DNA of 64,000 bases from Alphaproteobacteria bacterium (GTDB lineage Bacteria > Pseudomonadota > Alphaproteobacteria > Sphingomonadales > Sphingomonadaceae). This document shows positions 38,261-47,458 of this stretch, piece by piece; the stretch's first letter is position 1; the number at the start of each line of letters is the position of its first letter. The stretch covers positions 3,664 through 67,663 of the forward strand of contig JBKHWO010000045.1 in assembly GCA_046566485.1 (NCBI GenBank). The letters run 5' to 3'. The notes below the pieces were generated by a model. That model saw only the letters and a program-made list of their open reading frames with translations. It made no database searches and had not been told where the DNA came from. The position numbers and the translations under genes were made by a program.

Positions 38261-39523
38261 ATGAATCATTTTGAATACCGTGGCGGCATCCTGCATGTCG
38301 AAGACCTGCCGCTGACCGCCATTGCCGAAGCCGTTGGCACCCCGGTCTACGTCTATTCGCGCGCGACCCTGGAACGCCATGCCCGCGTGTTCCGCGAGGC
38401 GCTCTCGATCCTGCCGCGCGTCCACATCGCCTTTGCGATCAAGGCCAATCCCAACCTGGCCGTGCTGCGCGTGATGAAGCGCGAAGGACTGGGCGCCGAC
38501 GTCGTCTCGGGCGGGGAAATGGCGCGCGCCCTGGCGGCGGGAATGCCGGCCGAAGACATCGTCTTTTCGGGCGTAGGCAAGCAGCACCACGAAATGATCG
38601 CCGGGCTTGAAGCCGGGATCGGCCAGTTCAACCTCGAGAGTGAGGAAGAAGGCGTCGAACTGGCGGCAATCGCGGCGGAGCGCGGGCTGACTGCGCGCTG
38701 CGCCTTGCGGGTCAATCCCGACGTCGATGCGCGGACCCATGCCAAGATTTCGACCGGCAAGGCCGAGAACAAGTTTGGCGTGCCGATTGACCGCGCCTGC
38801 GAAATCTATTCCCGCCTCGCGGTGCTGCCCGGCATGGAAATGCGCGGCGTCGCCGTGCACATCGGCAGCCAGCTGAGCCAGCTCGAACCGTTCGAGGAAG
38901 CGTTCGGCAAGGTCGGCGATCTGGTGGCCGAACTGCGCACCCACGGCCAGAGTGTCACCCACGTCGACCTCGGCGGTGGGCTGGGCGTGCCTTACAAGGC
39001 GGGCGAAGTGTTCCCCACCCCGCAGGCCTATGCCGAGATGGTTGCCCGCGTCACCAAGGACTGGGACGTCACCTTGATGTTCGAGCCGGGCCGCGTGATC
39101 TGCGGCAATGCCGGGGTGCTGCTGACCAAGGTGGTCCGGGTCAAGCGCAGCTCCAACCAGGTGCCGTTCGTGATCGTCGATGCGGCGATGAACGATCTGG
39201 CCCGTCCGGCGATGTACGGTGCGTGGCACGATTTCGACGCGGTGAAGCCGACGGGCGAAAAGATGACCGCGCACATCGTCGGCCCGATCTGCGAAACCGG
39301 CGATACCTTTGCCATGGACCGTCAGATCGATGCGATCCAGACCGGCGACCTCGCGGTATTCCGCACCGCCGGGGCTTACGGTGCGACCATGGCCAGTTCC
39401 TACAACAGCCGCGGTTTCGTCGCCGAAGTCATGGTCGATGGGGACAAGTGGGCCGTCGTCGCCGACCGCATCCTGCCCGAAGCGATCACTGCGGCAGAGC
39501 GCGTGCCGGACTTCCTGGACTGA
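38261..39523 (+). CDS. lysA: diaminopimelate decarboxylase
   Basis: FAIKAN (PLP Lys), LRVNPD, HIGSQ, DLGGG, EPGR, GPICETGD, GAYG. Confidence 0.96.
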   Translation: MNHFEYRGGILHVEDLPLTAIAEAVGTPVYVYSRATLERHARVFREALSILPRVHIAFAIKANPNLAVLRVMKREGLGADVVSGGEMARALAAGMPAEDIVFSGVGKQHHEMIAGLEAGIGQFNLESEEEGVELAAIAAERGLTARCALRVNPDVDARTHAKISTGKAENKFGVPIDRACEIYSRLAVLPGMEMRGVAVHIGSQLSQLEPFEEAFGKVGDLVAELRTHGQSVTHVDLGGGLGVPYKAGEVFPTPQAYAEMVARVTKDWDVTLMFEPGRVICGNAGVLLTKVVRVKRSSNQVPFVIVDAAMNDLARPAMYGAWHDFDAVKPTGEKMTAHIVGPICETGDTFAMDRQIDAIQTGDLAVFRTAGAYGATMASSYNSRGFVAEVMVDGDKWAVVADRILPEAITAAERVPDFLD

Positions 39524-39527
39524 CCCG

Positions 39528-40289
39528 ATGCATTCGCTGCCGCTGCTCCACCGCCTGACCGGAACCCCGGTGATCCTGCTGGGCGAGGGCGAGGCGGGAG
39601 TGGCCAAGCGGCGCTTGCTGGAACGTGCCGGGGCGCAGATCGTCGGCGAGGATGATGCTTCGGCGCGCCTCGCCTTCATCGCGCTGGACGAGCCGGAGGA
39701 AGCTGCAGCGCGGCTGAAAGCGCGGGGCCTGCTGCTCAACGTCACCGACCGCCCGGAGCTGTGCGACTTCACCGTGCCGAGCATTCTGGAGCGCGGGCCG
39801 GTGCTGATCGCGGTGGGGACGGGCGGCGCCTCCGCCGGTCTGGCCAAGGCGCTGCGCTTGCGGCTGGAAGCTCTGCTGCCAGCCTCGCTGGGACCACTGG
39901 CCGAAGGGCTTCAGGCGGCGCGCTCCGCGCTGCGTCAGCGGTTTCCGCTTGGCGCTGAGCGCCGCCGCGCGCTCGACCTTGCCCTGGCCGAAGGCGGGGC
40001 GCTCGATCCCCTCCGCGCCGAAAGTGCCGCGCGGCTGCCCGATTGGCTCGAAGGCGCGGCTGCGGGCGGTGAAGGCCGGGTTGAATTTACCGTCGCCAGC
40101 GACGATCCCGACGACCTGACCCTGCGCCAGGCGCGCTGGCTCGGCGCGGCCGATCTGGTTGTCTACGAAGCCGGGGTGAGCAGCGAGATCCTCTCTCGCG
40201 CGCGCGCCGATGCCAGCCGCGCCGAATTGCCGCGCGGCGCGAAAGTCCCCTCTGGCGAAGGGCTGATCGTCGTTATTCGGCGGGGCTGA
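39528..40289 (+). CDS. siroheme synthase N-terminal part (precorrin-2 dehydrogenase/ferrochelatase, CysG-like)
   Basis: LLGEGEAG..KRRLL, NVTDRPELCDF, AVGTGG.S, DDLTLR. Confidence 0.85.
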   Translation: MHSLPLLHRLTGTPVILLGEGEAGVAKRRLLERAGAQIVGEDDASARLAFIALDEPEEAAARLKARGLLLNVTDRPELCDFTVPSILERGPVLIAVGTGGASAGLAKALRLRLEALLPASLGPLAEGLQAARSALRQRFPLGAERRRALDLALAEGGALDPLRAESAARLPDWLEGAAAGGEGRVEFTVASDDPDDLTLRQARWLGAADLVVYEAGVSSEILSRARADASRAELPRGAKVPSGEGLIVVIRRG

Positions 40290-40671
40290 GCAGGATTTTC
40301 ATCTGTGCCAGGGCAATCGGCTTGCTCCGGTCATCCTGCCAGCATTCGGCATTGACCAGCGCGACGCGGCGTCCGGCGCGGGTGACACTGCCCACGGCGA
40401 AGGTGCGTTGTTCGGTGCCGCCGCGCATGAATTCCACCTGCACGTTAACTGGTTTCAAGCGCATAGTTTCGCCGCGCCGCTCCATTTCGGCGCGCAGCGC
40501 GGCCATGCAGGCCATTTCCATCAGCCCGCTCATTGCTCCGCCGTGGAGAAAACCGGGACGCCCGGCGACACGTTCGGAATAGTCGAAGAACAGGACGGGG
40601 CTGCCAGCCTCGTCATGGTCGACGGCGATGCCCAGGGCATCGGCATAAGGGGGCAGGTCGTTGCCGGTCAC
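40273..40671 (-). CDS. PaaI-family thioesterase
   Basis: GRPGFLHGGAMSGLME hot-dog motif; GTG start coupled to the upstream stop. Confidence 0.82.
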   Translation of the reverse strand: MTGNDLPPYADALGIAVDHDEAGSPVLFFDYSERVAGRPGFLHGGAMSGLMEMACMAALRAEMERRGETMRLKPVNVQVEFMRGGTEQRTFAVGSVTRAGRRVALVNAECWQDDRSKPIALAQMKILLSPAE

Positions 40672-41135
40672 AGGTAGGTTCCGTGGGTTGCCATGAAGGT
40701 CCCGGTGACATGGGCCACCGGATCGTCCGGGTCGCCATCGTGGGCAATGCCGCGGATAAAGCTGATCGTGCGGGTTAGCTTGTAGCATTCGCCGCGTCCG
40801 GTCACGGTGCGTCCGGGCACCGCGGCGCGCATGTAATCGACTCTTAGGTCAAGCGTGGCGTGGGGGACGAAGCGCTTGCATAGGGTCCAGACCGACATCG
40901 ACGTCGCATTGTCCATCAGGCTGATGATCGGGCCCGAGGCCAGCACCCCGGTCTCGGCCACGCCGACCAGCTCTTCGCGCCACGGCAGGGTGAGTTCGAC
41001 CCAGTCCGGGCCGTGGGCATGATAGGCGATCCCCAGCCAGCCACCATGGCCGTGCCGAGTCGTCAGCTTGGAGGCACGGGCCGGATCAAACACGAAGTCC
41101 GGTGGCAGATCGTGCAGGTTCTTGGGCTTGTCCAT
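40668..41135 (-). CDS. PaaI-family thioesterase
   Basis: LASGPIISLMDN, ATLDLRVDYMR, VAHVTGTFM. Confidence 0.85.
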   Translation of the reverse strand: MDKPKNLHDLPPDFVFDPARASKLTTRHGHGGWLGIAYHAHGPDWVELTLPWREELVGVAETGVLASGPIISLMDNATSMSVWTLCKRFVPHATLDLRVDYMRAAVPGRTVTGRGECYKLTRTISFIRGIAHDGDPDDPVAHVTGTFMATHGTYL

Positions 41136-41257
41136 GGCAGTTCCTCTGCTGCCCACCGGGCGCCATTACAATCTTTTAATTTCAAAAATGCGTGCGGATG
41201 GTCCGGATAGGGCGGGTCTGAAGGGTATGGTGCCCTTCCGGCTTGAAGGAAAACATC

Positions 41258-41407
41258 ATGAACCTGCCCACCATCGATATTTCCACTTTGCCTGATCTCG
41301 ACAAGCTGACCGGTGTGTTCGGAAGCCTTGCCCAGCCGCTGCAGGCTGCTTCGTCGGATGATACGATCGTGATCATCATGGCCTTCCTTTACGAAGTGCT
41401 TAAGTAA
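41258..41407 (+). CDS. 49-aa small protein / candidate precursor peptide (absent from ORF track)
   Basis: RBS GAAGGAAAAC, then MNLPTIDISTLPDLDKLTGVFGSLAQPLQAASSDDTIVIIMAFLYEVLK*; 16 bp before the next ATG. Confidence 0.7.
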   Translation: MNLPTIDISTLPDLDKLTGVFGSLAQPLQAASSDDTIVIIMAFLYEVLK

Positions 41408-41423
41408 GGCGCCGGGGCTGCGA

Positions 41424-42401
41424 ATGCATATCCGGCCAGAACTGGCAGCGCTGCGGAGCAACGATGCTCCGCAGCGATCCGCGCAGCAGGCCTTGGCTGA
41501 TATCGCCCACGCCTGGCGCCTGACCGGCGACGGGGCCACGGTCGAAGCCGAACTGGTCCGCTTTCACCGCGGCGAGCGGCTGGAGAGGTTGCCCCTGCTG
41601 GGCGCGTTGTTCGCTCCGCAGAGCGATCGGGTCCGGGCCTTTCTCGACGGACTGTTGCAGCCCCTGCTGGCCCAGATCGGTTTGGAACCCCTGGGCCAAT
41701 CGCCGCTGCGCTATTCCACCAGCGATGCCGCGACCGGCATTGTCCTGGCCCGCTGCGCGACCAGCGCGCTGATTCTGCATTATACCAGCGGGCCTGGCTT
41801 CTCGCGCCAGCCAGCAGCACAGACCGCGGGTTTTCTTCCCGCCGAGACGTGGGAGCGCGTGCTCGCCGGTTCAGCCGAAGCGACCCGGGTGCGCCTTGCC
41901 GGTACCGCGTCCGACCGGGCAGATCTGCGGCTGGCGGCCGTCCGGCTGCAGGCTGGTGATGTGCGCCACCGCCATGGCCGCGACGAGGCGCTGGTGCTGC
42001 GGGCCGTGCCGACCAGTCTGGTCCAGTTGCGTCTGCAGCGACGCAGCGACGAGGCGCAACCCGTCCGCCATTATCGGCTGAGCGATGGGCAATTGGTCCA
42101 CCAGGCGGCAGGCACCCCGCGCGATAGCCGGTTGGAACTGAGCGCCGCCTTGCTGGGCCGGATGAAGCGCCGCGATGCGGCCCCGGTGCTTGCCGCCATG
42201 GTTAAGGAGAGTGGATCGGATGCACTGCGTTGGCAAATCCTGCGCGAATGCCTTGCCCTCGATACCGCTACGGGGTTTCGTGCGCTCTGTTCGATTTGTG
42301 ATCGCGCCGCCGATCCCTTGAACCAGCACGCGGCTACCTTGCGCGCCACCCTGCTGGCCCGGCACCCGTCGTTGAAGGATTTGATGCCATGCCCCGCGTG
42401 A
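41424..42401 (+). CDS. hypothetical protein: degenerate cupin-like region plus HEAT-like C-terminus
   Basis: 325 aa; RLQAGD...SLVQLRL and DA...L....SD.LRW segments align by eye with the downstream gene. Confidence 0.75.
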   Translation: MHIRPELAALRSNDAPQRSAQQALADIAHAWRLTGDGATVEAELVRFHRGERLERLPLLGALFAPQSDRVRAFLDGLLQPLLAQIGLEPLGQSPLRYSTSDAATGIVLARCATSALILHYTSGPGFSRQPAAQTAGFLPAETWERVLAGSAEATRVRLAGTASDRADLRLAAVRLQAGDVRHRHGRDEALVLRAVPTSLVQLRLQRRSDEAQPVRHYRLSDGQLVHQAAGTPRDSRLELSAALLGRMKRRDAAPVLAAMVKESGSDALRWQILRECLALDTATGFRALCSICDRAADPLNQHAATLRATLLARHPSLKDLMPCPA

Positions 42402-43291
42402 TCGATCTGACCGATTCGCACCGTGCCTCGCTGGATGAATGCGTCGATGCGCTGGCAGCCACGGGATTCGACCCCGGCGAAGAGGAAAGCCTGCACCATG
42501 CCGCGCTGTGGCTCCGCCGGCTGGGCAACGATCAGGATTTTCTGGGGGACATCCTGATTGACGAACTGGGCCGTCGCCACCGCGAGGATGTGCTCGACAA
42601 CAGCTATGGCCCGCAGGTGGTGATGCTGGCGCCGCCGCGCGGCGACTTCTTCATCCGCGCCAATATCTGGCCGTCCGAGCAGGACCACATGGTCCGCGCC
42701 AGTGGCGGCAGCTCGTTCGTGCTGGACCTGCCGCACGATCACAACTTCAATTTCCTGACCCTGGGCTACTTCGGGCCGGGCTATTGGAGTGACTATTACG
42801 AGTACGACTATGCCGAAGTCGCCGGCTTTCGTGGCGAGCCGGTTCCATCGCTACGCTTTGTCGAACGGTCGCGGCTCGAACCGGGCAAACTGATGCTCTA
42901 CCGCGCCCATCTGGACGTCCATGCCCAGCTTCCGGCTGACTCGCTCTCGGTCTCGCTCAACCTCATGCACACCACGGGCGCGCAGGGCTGGCTCGATCAG
43001 TATCGCTTTGACCTGGAGCAGGGCACCGTTGCGGGTATCCTTTCGCCGGGGCCAAGCGATGCGCTGCTGCGGGTTGCGGTCGGATTGGGCAGCGCGGAGG
43101 CCTTGGACCTGGCCCACCGCTTTGCGCGGCACCACCCCAGCGATCGGTTGCGCCTGGCTTGTTGGGACGCGCTGGCGGCCGAAGCGACCGGTCCTGGCGC
43201 GCGCGATGCGCTGTGGCGCGAAGCCGAGCGGTCAGGCAGCCGGCTGGTTGCGATGGAGGCCCGGATGCGCCGCGCCGAAATCGCGGCTTAG
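42389..43291 (+). CDS. cupin (cysteine-dioxygenase-like) metalloenzyme with HEAT-like C-terminus
   Basis: RANIWP, PHDHNFNFLT (H116, H118), LEPG...DVH (H178); overlaps the upstream gene by 13 bp. Confidence 0.75.
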   Translation: MPRVIDLTDSHRASLDECVDALAATGFDPGEEESLHHAALWLRRLGNDQDFLGDILIDELGRRHREDVLDNSYGPQVVMLAPPRGDFFIRANIWPSEQDHMVRASGGSSFVLDLPHDHNFNFLTLGYFGPGYWSDYYEYDYAEVAGFRGEPVPSLRFVERSRLEPGKLMLYRAHLDVHAQLPADSLSVSLNLMHTTGAQGWLDQYRFDLEQGTVAGILSPGPSDALLRVAVGLGSAEALDLAHRFARHHPSDRLRLACWDALAAEATGPGARDALWREAERSGSRLVAMEARMRRAEIAA

Positions 43292-43773
43292 GCGAAACCC
43301 CCGGCAAGGGCATCGATCGCCGCTTGCAGGATCACGGCAGCGGCCGCGGAATCGATCCGTTCGGCGCGTTTGGACCTGCTCATGTCCTGGCCGATCAGGT
43401 CGCGCTCGGCGCTGGCGGTTGACCAGCGTTCGTCCCACAGCAGCACTGGCAGGTTCAGGGCCGCCGCCAGGTTGCGGGCATAGGCGCGGCTCGACTGGCT
43501 GCGCGGTCCTTCGCTGCCGTCCATGTTGAGCGGGAGGCCGATGACCACGCCCTTGATCGAGCGTTCGCGGACCAGCGCGGCCAGCGCTTCGCGGTCAGCC
43601 CCAAACTTGCCACGCTTCAACGTCTTGCCGGGCGAGGCAAAGCGCCAGCCCGCGTCGCAGAAAGCCGTGCCGATGGTCTGGGTGCCCAGATCCAGCCCAA
43701 GCAAGGCCCCGCCCTGGGGCAGGGCATCGCGGTATTCCAGCGCAGACGCGGTGATCAGCGCGCCGTCTGCCAT
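43288..43773 (-). CDS. ruvX: Holliday junction resolvase RuvX / pre-16S rRNA nuclease YqgF
   Basis: GLDLGTQTIG, GLPLNMDGSEG, WDERWST, DSAAAAVILQ. Confidence 0.93.
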   Translation of the reverse strand: MADGALITASALEYRDALPQGGALLGLDLGTQTIGTAFCDAGWRFASPGKTLKRGKFGADREALAALVRERSIKGVVIGLPLNMDGSEGPRSQSSRAYARNLAAALNLPVLLWDERWSTASAERDLIGQDMSRSKRAERIDSAAAAVILQAAIDALAGGFA

Positions 43774-44876
43774 GCCGACCGCCACGCTGCCACGCGCCTT
43801 GCAAAGTCCTGCCGCAGCGCCTGCCAGTACAGCGCATAGTCATAGACGTGATAATTGCCGCCGGGGAGGACGAACGGACCCATGTCCGGCCCCTCACCGA
43901 TGCGCAGCGTCCCGTCCGCGGCGCAGGCCGCACCGACCAGGGCAGGGGTAAAGCGGGCCTGTTCAAACTTTGCATCAGGCACGATGCTGCCGGGGTTGCG
44001 CGCCGCCGGAACGCTGCCGCCGACGGTCCCGGTCAGCGGATTTGAGCAGAGATAGCGTGCCTGCCCATTTGCTTCGGACTTTCCGGCAAACCGTTCGTAA
44101 GCGCCGCGCATCATCGCCGTGTCGGCGTTGTCGGTGAAGGACAGATAGCTCACCACGCAGCCCGGCTGGTCGGGGCTGGCGCAAGCGGGCAAGCCCATCG
44201 CCGGCAGATCGCGGCGGGTATCGACCAACCAACCGATGATATAGGCTGCGGCAATCCGCTTGGACAGCGGCGTTCCAGCGACTTTGTCGGCGAGCAAGCG
44301 CTTGAGGATGAAGCTGCCCTGGCTGTGGCCAGCCAGCACGATCGGACGGTCCGCCGGCTGCGCGGCGATGAATGCGTCGAAGGCGCGGGCTACATCGCGA
44401 TAAGCCACCTCGTGTGCTTGCCGGGCTTCGGGTGCATCGGTGACGAAAGCGCCAAAAGTGGCTTGACGATAGCGCGGTGCCCAGACCTCGCTCGCCCCGC
44501 CGAAGACACTGGCATTGGCGCGCACCATCACTCCGCCAATTCGCCGCGCATCGGGGTCGTCGAGCGGGCCGTTCCAGTGGCTCTTTTCCAGATAGCTGGT
44601 CGGGTGGACAAAGAAGACTGCGGCATCGACCGGCGCGGCGGGTGCCGCTCCCGCGGGAAGCCAGCGTGCGGGGTTTTCCCCGGCCATGCCGGGCCGCGCG
44701 AACCACAGGTCCGGGTTGCCATAGGCGTTCGCGGCGAGTTCCTGTTGCGGTTCAAACTTACCGCCTGGGGTAAAACTCCACCGGGTCAGTTGCTCGGGAT
44801 AGAAGGCCAGCGCCAAGCGTCCCGCGATGAAAATGAGAATGCAAAAAGCGACGAAATAGAGGAATTTGCGGGCCAT
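43755..44876 (-). CDS. DUF3089 family alpha/beta hydrolase
   Basis: FFVHPTSY, APRYRQ, GHSQG nucleophile, YHVYDY. Confidence 0.85.
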   Translation of the reverse strand: MARKFLYFVAFCILIFIAGRLALAFYPEQLTRWSFTPGGKFEPQQELAANAYGNPDLWFARPGMAGENPARWLPAGAAPAAPVDAAVFFVHPTSYLEKSHWNGPLDDPDARRIGGVMVRANASVFGGASEVWAPRYRQATFGAFVTDAPEARQAHEVAYRDVARAFDAFIAAQPADRPIVLAGHSQGSFILKRLLADKVAGTPLSKRIAAAYIIGWLVDTRRDLPAMGLPACASPDQPGCVVSYLSFTDNADTAMMRGAYERFAGKSEANGQARYLCSNPLTGTVGGSVPAARNPGSIVPDAKFEQARFTPALVGAACAADGTLRIGEGPDMGPFVLPGGNYHVYDYALYWQALRQDFARRVAAWRSAWQTAR

Positions 44877-44879
44877 GGT

Positions 44880-45965
44880 TCAGGCGCTTTCGTTGCGTTG
44901 GGACTGGCGCTCAAGCGCGACCTTGATCATCGCCACCAGGGGATCGGCCAGGATCAGGCCGAGCAGGCCGAACAGTGCGCCCATGATCAGCTGTGCGCCC
45001 AGGACCAGGGCCGGGGCAAGGTCGGCGGTCTTCTTGGCGACCATCGGCACGATGATGTTCCCGTCGACCACCTGCACCACGACATAGACGATGATGCAGT
45101 AGATCCCCATGTCGACCCCGCCGGAGAACCCGACCAGGACCATCAGCGCCCCGGAAATCGGCGCGCCGATGTTGGGCAGGAAAGCGAGCAGGCCGGTCAG
45201 CAGACCAAGCAGCCCGGCCATCGGCACGCCATAGATTGCCAGCAGCAGCCAGGTTGCCACCCCTTCGACCACCATGCCCAGCAGCCGCCCGGCAAGCAGG
45301 CGGCGCAGGGTGCGGCCCATGATCATGGCGGTGGTTTCGAAGTTTTCGCGCTCGCCCACCGGCAAGAGCCAGCCAAAGCCGCGGCGGTAGAGATGCGGTT
45401 CCGCTGCGAAGTAGATCGCCATCACCGCAATCAGGAAGGCCGTGGTGAAACCGCCGATCACCCCGCCGACCGCGCTGGTGATCTGGCCGACGCCGCCCAC
45501 GACCTTTTCGAACAGGTTCTCGAACGAAGCGGTCTTGAACCCCATGCCATGCGATTCCAGCCAGCCGAGCAGGCGCAGGGCCTGGGCTTCGACCGTGCCG
45601 GACAGCTGCGCGGCCTGGGCGGCGATCTGGCTACCGGCAAACATCGCGGTCCAGGTCAGGAAGGCCAGGGTCAGCAGCAGGACCAGCGTGACCCGCCAGG
45701 CGCGGCCGATCGGCAAGACGCGGCCCAGCAGGCGGGCACCGCCGTCGATCATCGCGGCAAAGACCATGCCGCCGAAAATGACCAGCAGCGGTTGGGCCAG
45801 GAAGATCACCAGTGCAAACAGCGCCGCCATGCCCAGCCATACCGCCGCACGCTTGGCTTCGGTACGGATCAGGGCATCCGAAATGTCGGTTGGGCCAATG
45901 CTGCGGATCGGCTCGGCCTTGGGCTTGGCGGGACGGGCAGGCTTGGCAGGTGTCTTGGCCATCAT
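44880..45965 (-). CDS. AI-2E family transporter
   Basis: Multi-TM; AFLPNIG, DGNIIVP, GLILADPL. Confidence 0.85.
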   Translation of the reverse strand: MMAKTPAKPARPAKPKAEPIRSIGPTDISDALIRTEAKRAAVWLGMAALFALVIFLAQPLLVIFGGMVFAAMIDGGARLLGRVLPIGRAWRVTLVLLLTLAFLTWTAMFAGSQIAAQAAQLSGTVEAQALRLLGWLESHGMGFKTASFENLFEKVVGGVGQITSAVGGVIGGFTTAFLIAVMAIYFAAEPHLYRRGFGWLLPVGERENFETTAMIMGRTLRRLLAGRLLGMVVEGVATWLLLAIYGVPMAGLLGLLTGLLAFLPNIGAPISGALMVLVGFSGGVDMGIYCIIVYVVVQVVDGNIIVPMVAKKTADLAPALVLGAQLIMGALFGLLGLILADPLVAMIKVALERQSQRNESA

Positions 45966-46879
45966 TTGTCCTTGGACAGGTGAACCGGACGCAAGCTGGT
46001 CCAGGAACGATTCGAACGCAAGGCATTGAACCAGCTGAGTGGATTCCACGTCTGGCTGCCATCCAGCGAGAAGGTGACGAATTCCGCCCGTCCGCCAACA
46101 TCAGACAGCGGCACCGGGCCGCCTAGTCCTTCCAGCAGGATCGGCACCCGGCTGTCGGCGGAATGGTTGCGGTTGTCGCCCATCAGGAACACGTGCCCGG
46201 CCGGCACGGTGATCTCGGGATAGTTGTCCACGGTCGTATCGCTGCGGTCTTTGAACACCAGATAGGTGGCGCCGTTGGGCAATGTTTCGCGCAGGGTCGG
46301 GATCTCGAACACTTCGCGCCCCGAAGGGAGCCGCGTGCGGAAAGCGGCAAAGTCAGCATAGCAGTGATAAGGCGCGCCGCGATCGGTGCAGGCCAGCTGC
46401 GGATCGCCAGGAATCTGCAGGGGCGGCTCGACCTGCTGCGGTACGGCCTTGCCGTTGAGGACGATCTGGCCGTTGATCACCGCGATCCGGTCCCCCGGTA
46501 GCGCGACCACCCGCTTGATCAGGTCATCGTTGCGATTGCGCGGGACCGCGATCACGATGTCGCCATAGTGCGGGGTTCCTGGCAGGAACCGCCAGGTCCC
46601 GCGCGGCAGGACATGAAAACTGGCCGAGGCCCAGTTCCAGCCATAGGGGAATTTGGAGACGATCAGGCGGTCACCGACCAGCAGGTTGGGCATCATCGAG
46701 ATCGACGGGATATAGAACGGCTTGGCGATGAAGCTGTGGAACGCCAGGACCGCCAGCAGCATCGTGACCAGGCCGCGGACCTCGCCGACCCAGTCGACCC
46801 GGTCGCTGTCGGGTTTGGCGGCTGGTCCGTCGGTTGTAGATGCAGGTAGGGGCGTTCGGTCAGGAGTAGTTTCAGTCAC
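45962..46879 (-). CDS. lepB: signal peptidase I
   Basis: [33 protein letters not shown]. Confidence 0.95.
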   Translation of the reverse strand: MTETTPDRTPLPASTTDGPAAKPDSDRVDWVGEVRGLVTMLLAVLAFHSFIAKPFYIPSISMMPNLLVGDRLIVSKFPYGWNWASASFHVLPRGTWRFLPGTPHYGDIVIAVPRNRNDDLIKRVVALPGDRIAVINGQIVLNGKAVPQQVEPPLQIPGDPQLACTDRGAPYHCYADFAAFRTRLPSGREVFEIPTLRETLPNGATYLVFKDRSDTTVDNYPEITVPAGHVFLMGDNRNHSADSRVPILLEGLGGPVPLSDVGGRAEFVTFSLDGSQTWNPLSWFNALRSNRSWTSLRPVHLSKDK

Positions 46880-47277
46880 AGTTTGCGAGCCTCGACGATG
46901 ACAAAGGCCTGCGCCCATGGGTGATCGTCCGTTAATGTCAAATGCACCACGGCTTCGTGGCCGGGCGGGGTGATTGCGGCAAGGCGCGCTGCGGCGCCGC
47001 CGGTCAGCTGCAGGGTCGGCGCGCCAGAGCGGGCGTTGACCACACCGATGTCCTTCATGAACACCCCGGCCTTGAACCCGGTACCGACAGCCTTGGAGAA
47101 CGCTTCCTTAGCGGCGAACCGTTTGGCCAGGGTCCCGGCCTTGGTGAAGGGGCGTGAATTGCCCTTGGCGCGTTCCACTTCGGTGAAGACGCGCTGTTCG
47201 AACCGTTCACCCCAGCGGTTCAGCGAATTCTGGATCCGCTCGATGTTGCACAGATCGGAACCGATCGCGATGATCAT
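46876..47277 (-). CDS. acpS: holo-ACP synthase
   Basis: [27 protein letters not shown]. Confidence 0.95.
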   Translation of the reverse strand: MIIAIGSDLCNIERIQNSLNRWGERFEQRVFTEVERAKGNSRPFTKAGTLAKRFAAKEAFSKAVGTGFKAGVFMKDIGVVNARSGAPTLQLTGGAAARLAAITPPGHEAVVHLTLTDDHPWAQAFVIVEARKL

Positions 47278-47280
47278 CCG

Positions 47281-47441
47281 ATCCTCCCCGCTTTTGCGAA
47301 GCAAAAATGGGGAGGGGGACCGTCGCGAAGCGAGGGTGGAGGGGCGATTGCGCGGCCATAGCCGCTTCGCGGCGCCCCTCCGTCAGCCGCCTTCGGCGCC
47401 TGCCACCTCCCCATTTGCGCGGACGCACAAGCAGGGAGGAT
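47281..47441. repeat. 161-bp palindromic intergenic element (CIR/RIME-like MITE)
   Basis: Terminal IR ATCCTCCC/GGGAGGAT; two diverged inverted modules CCTCCCC..GGGGAGG..GGAGGGG. Confidence 0.78.
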
Positions 47442-47458
47442 CTTGACCTTGCCTTGCC

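Noticed and set aside
37064-39847. 927-aa minus-strand ORF
   Set aside because: Shadow of argH-lysA-cysG; no recognisable domain.
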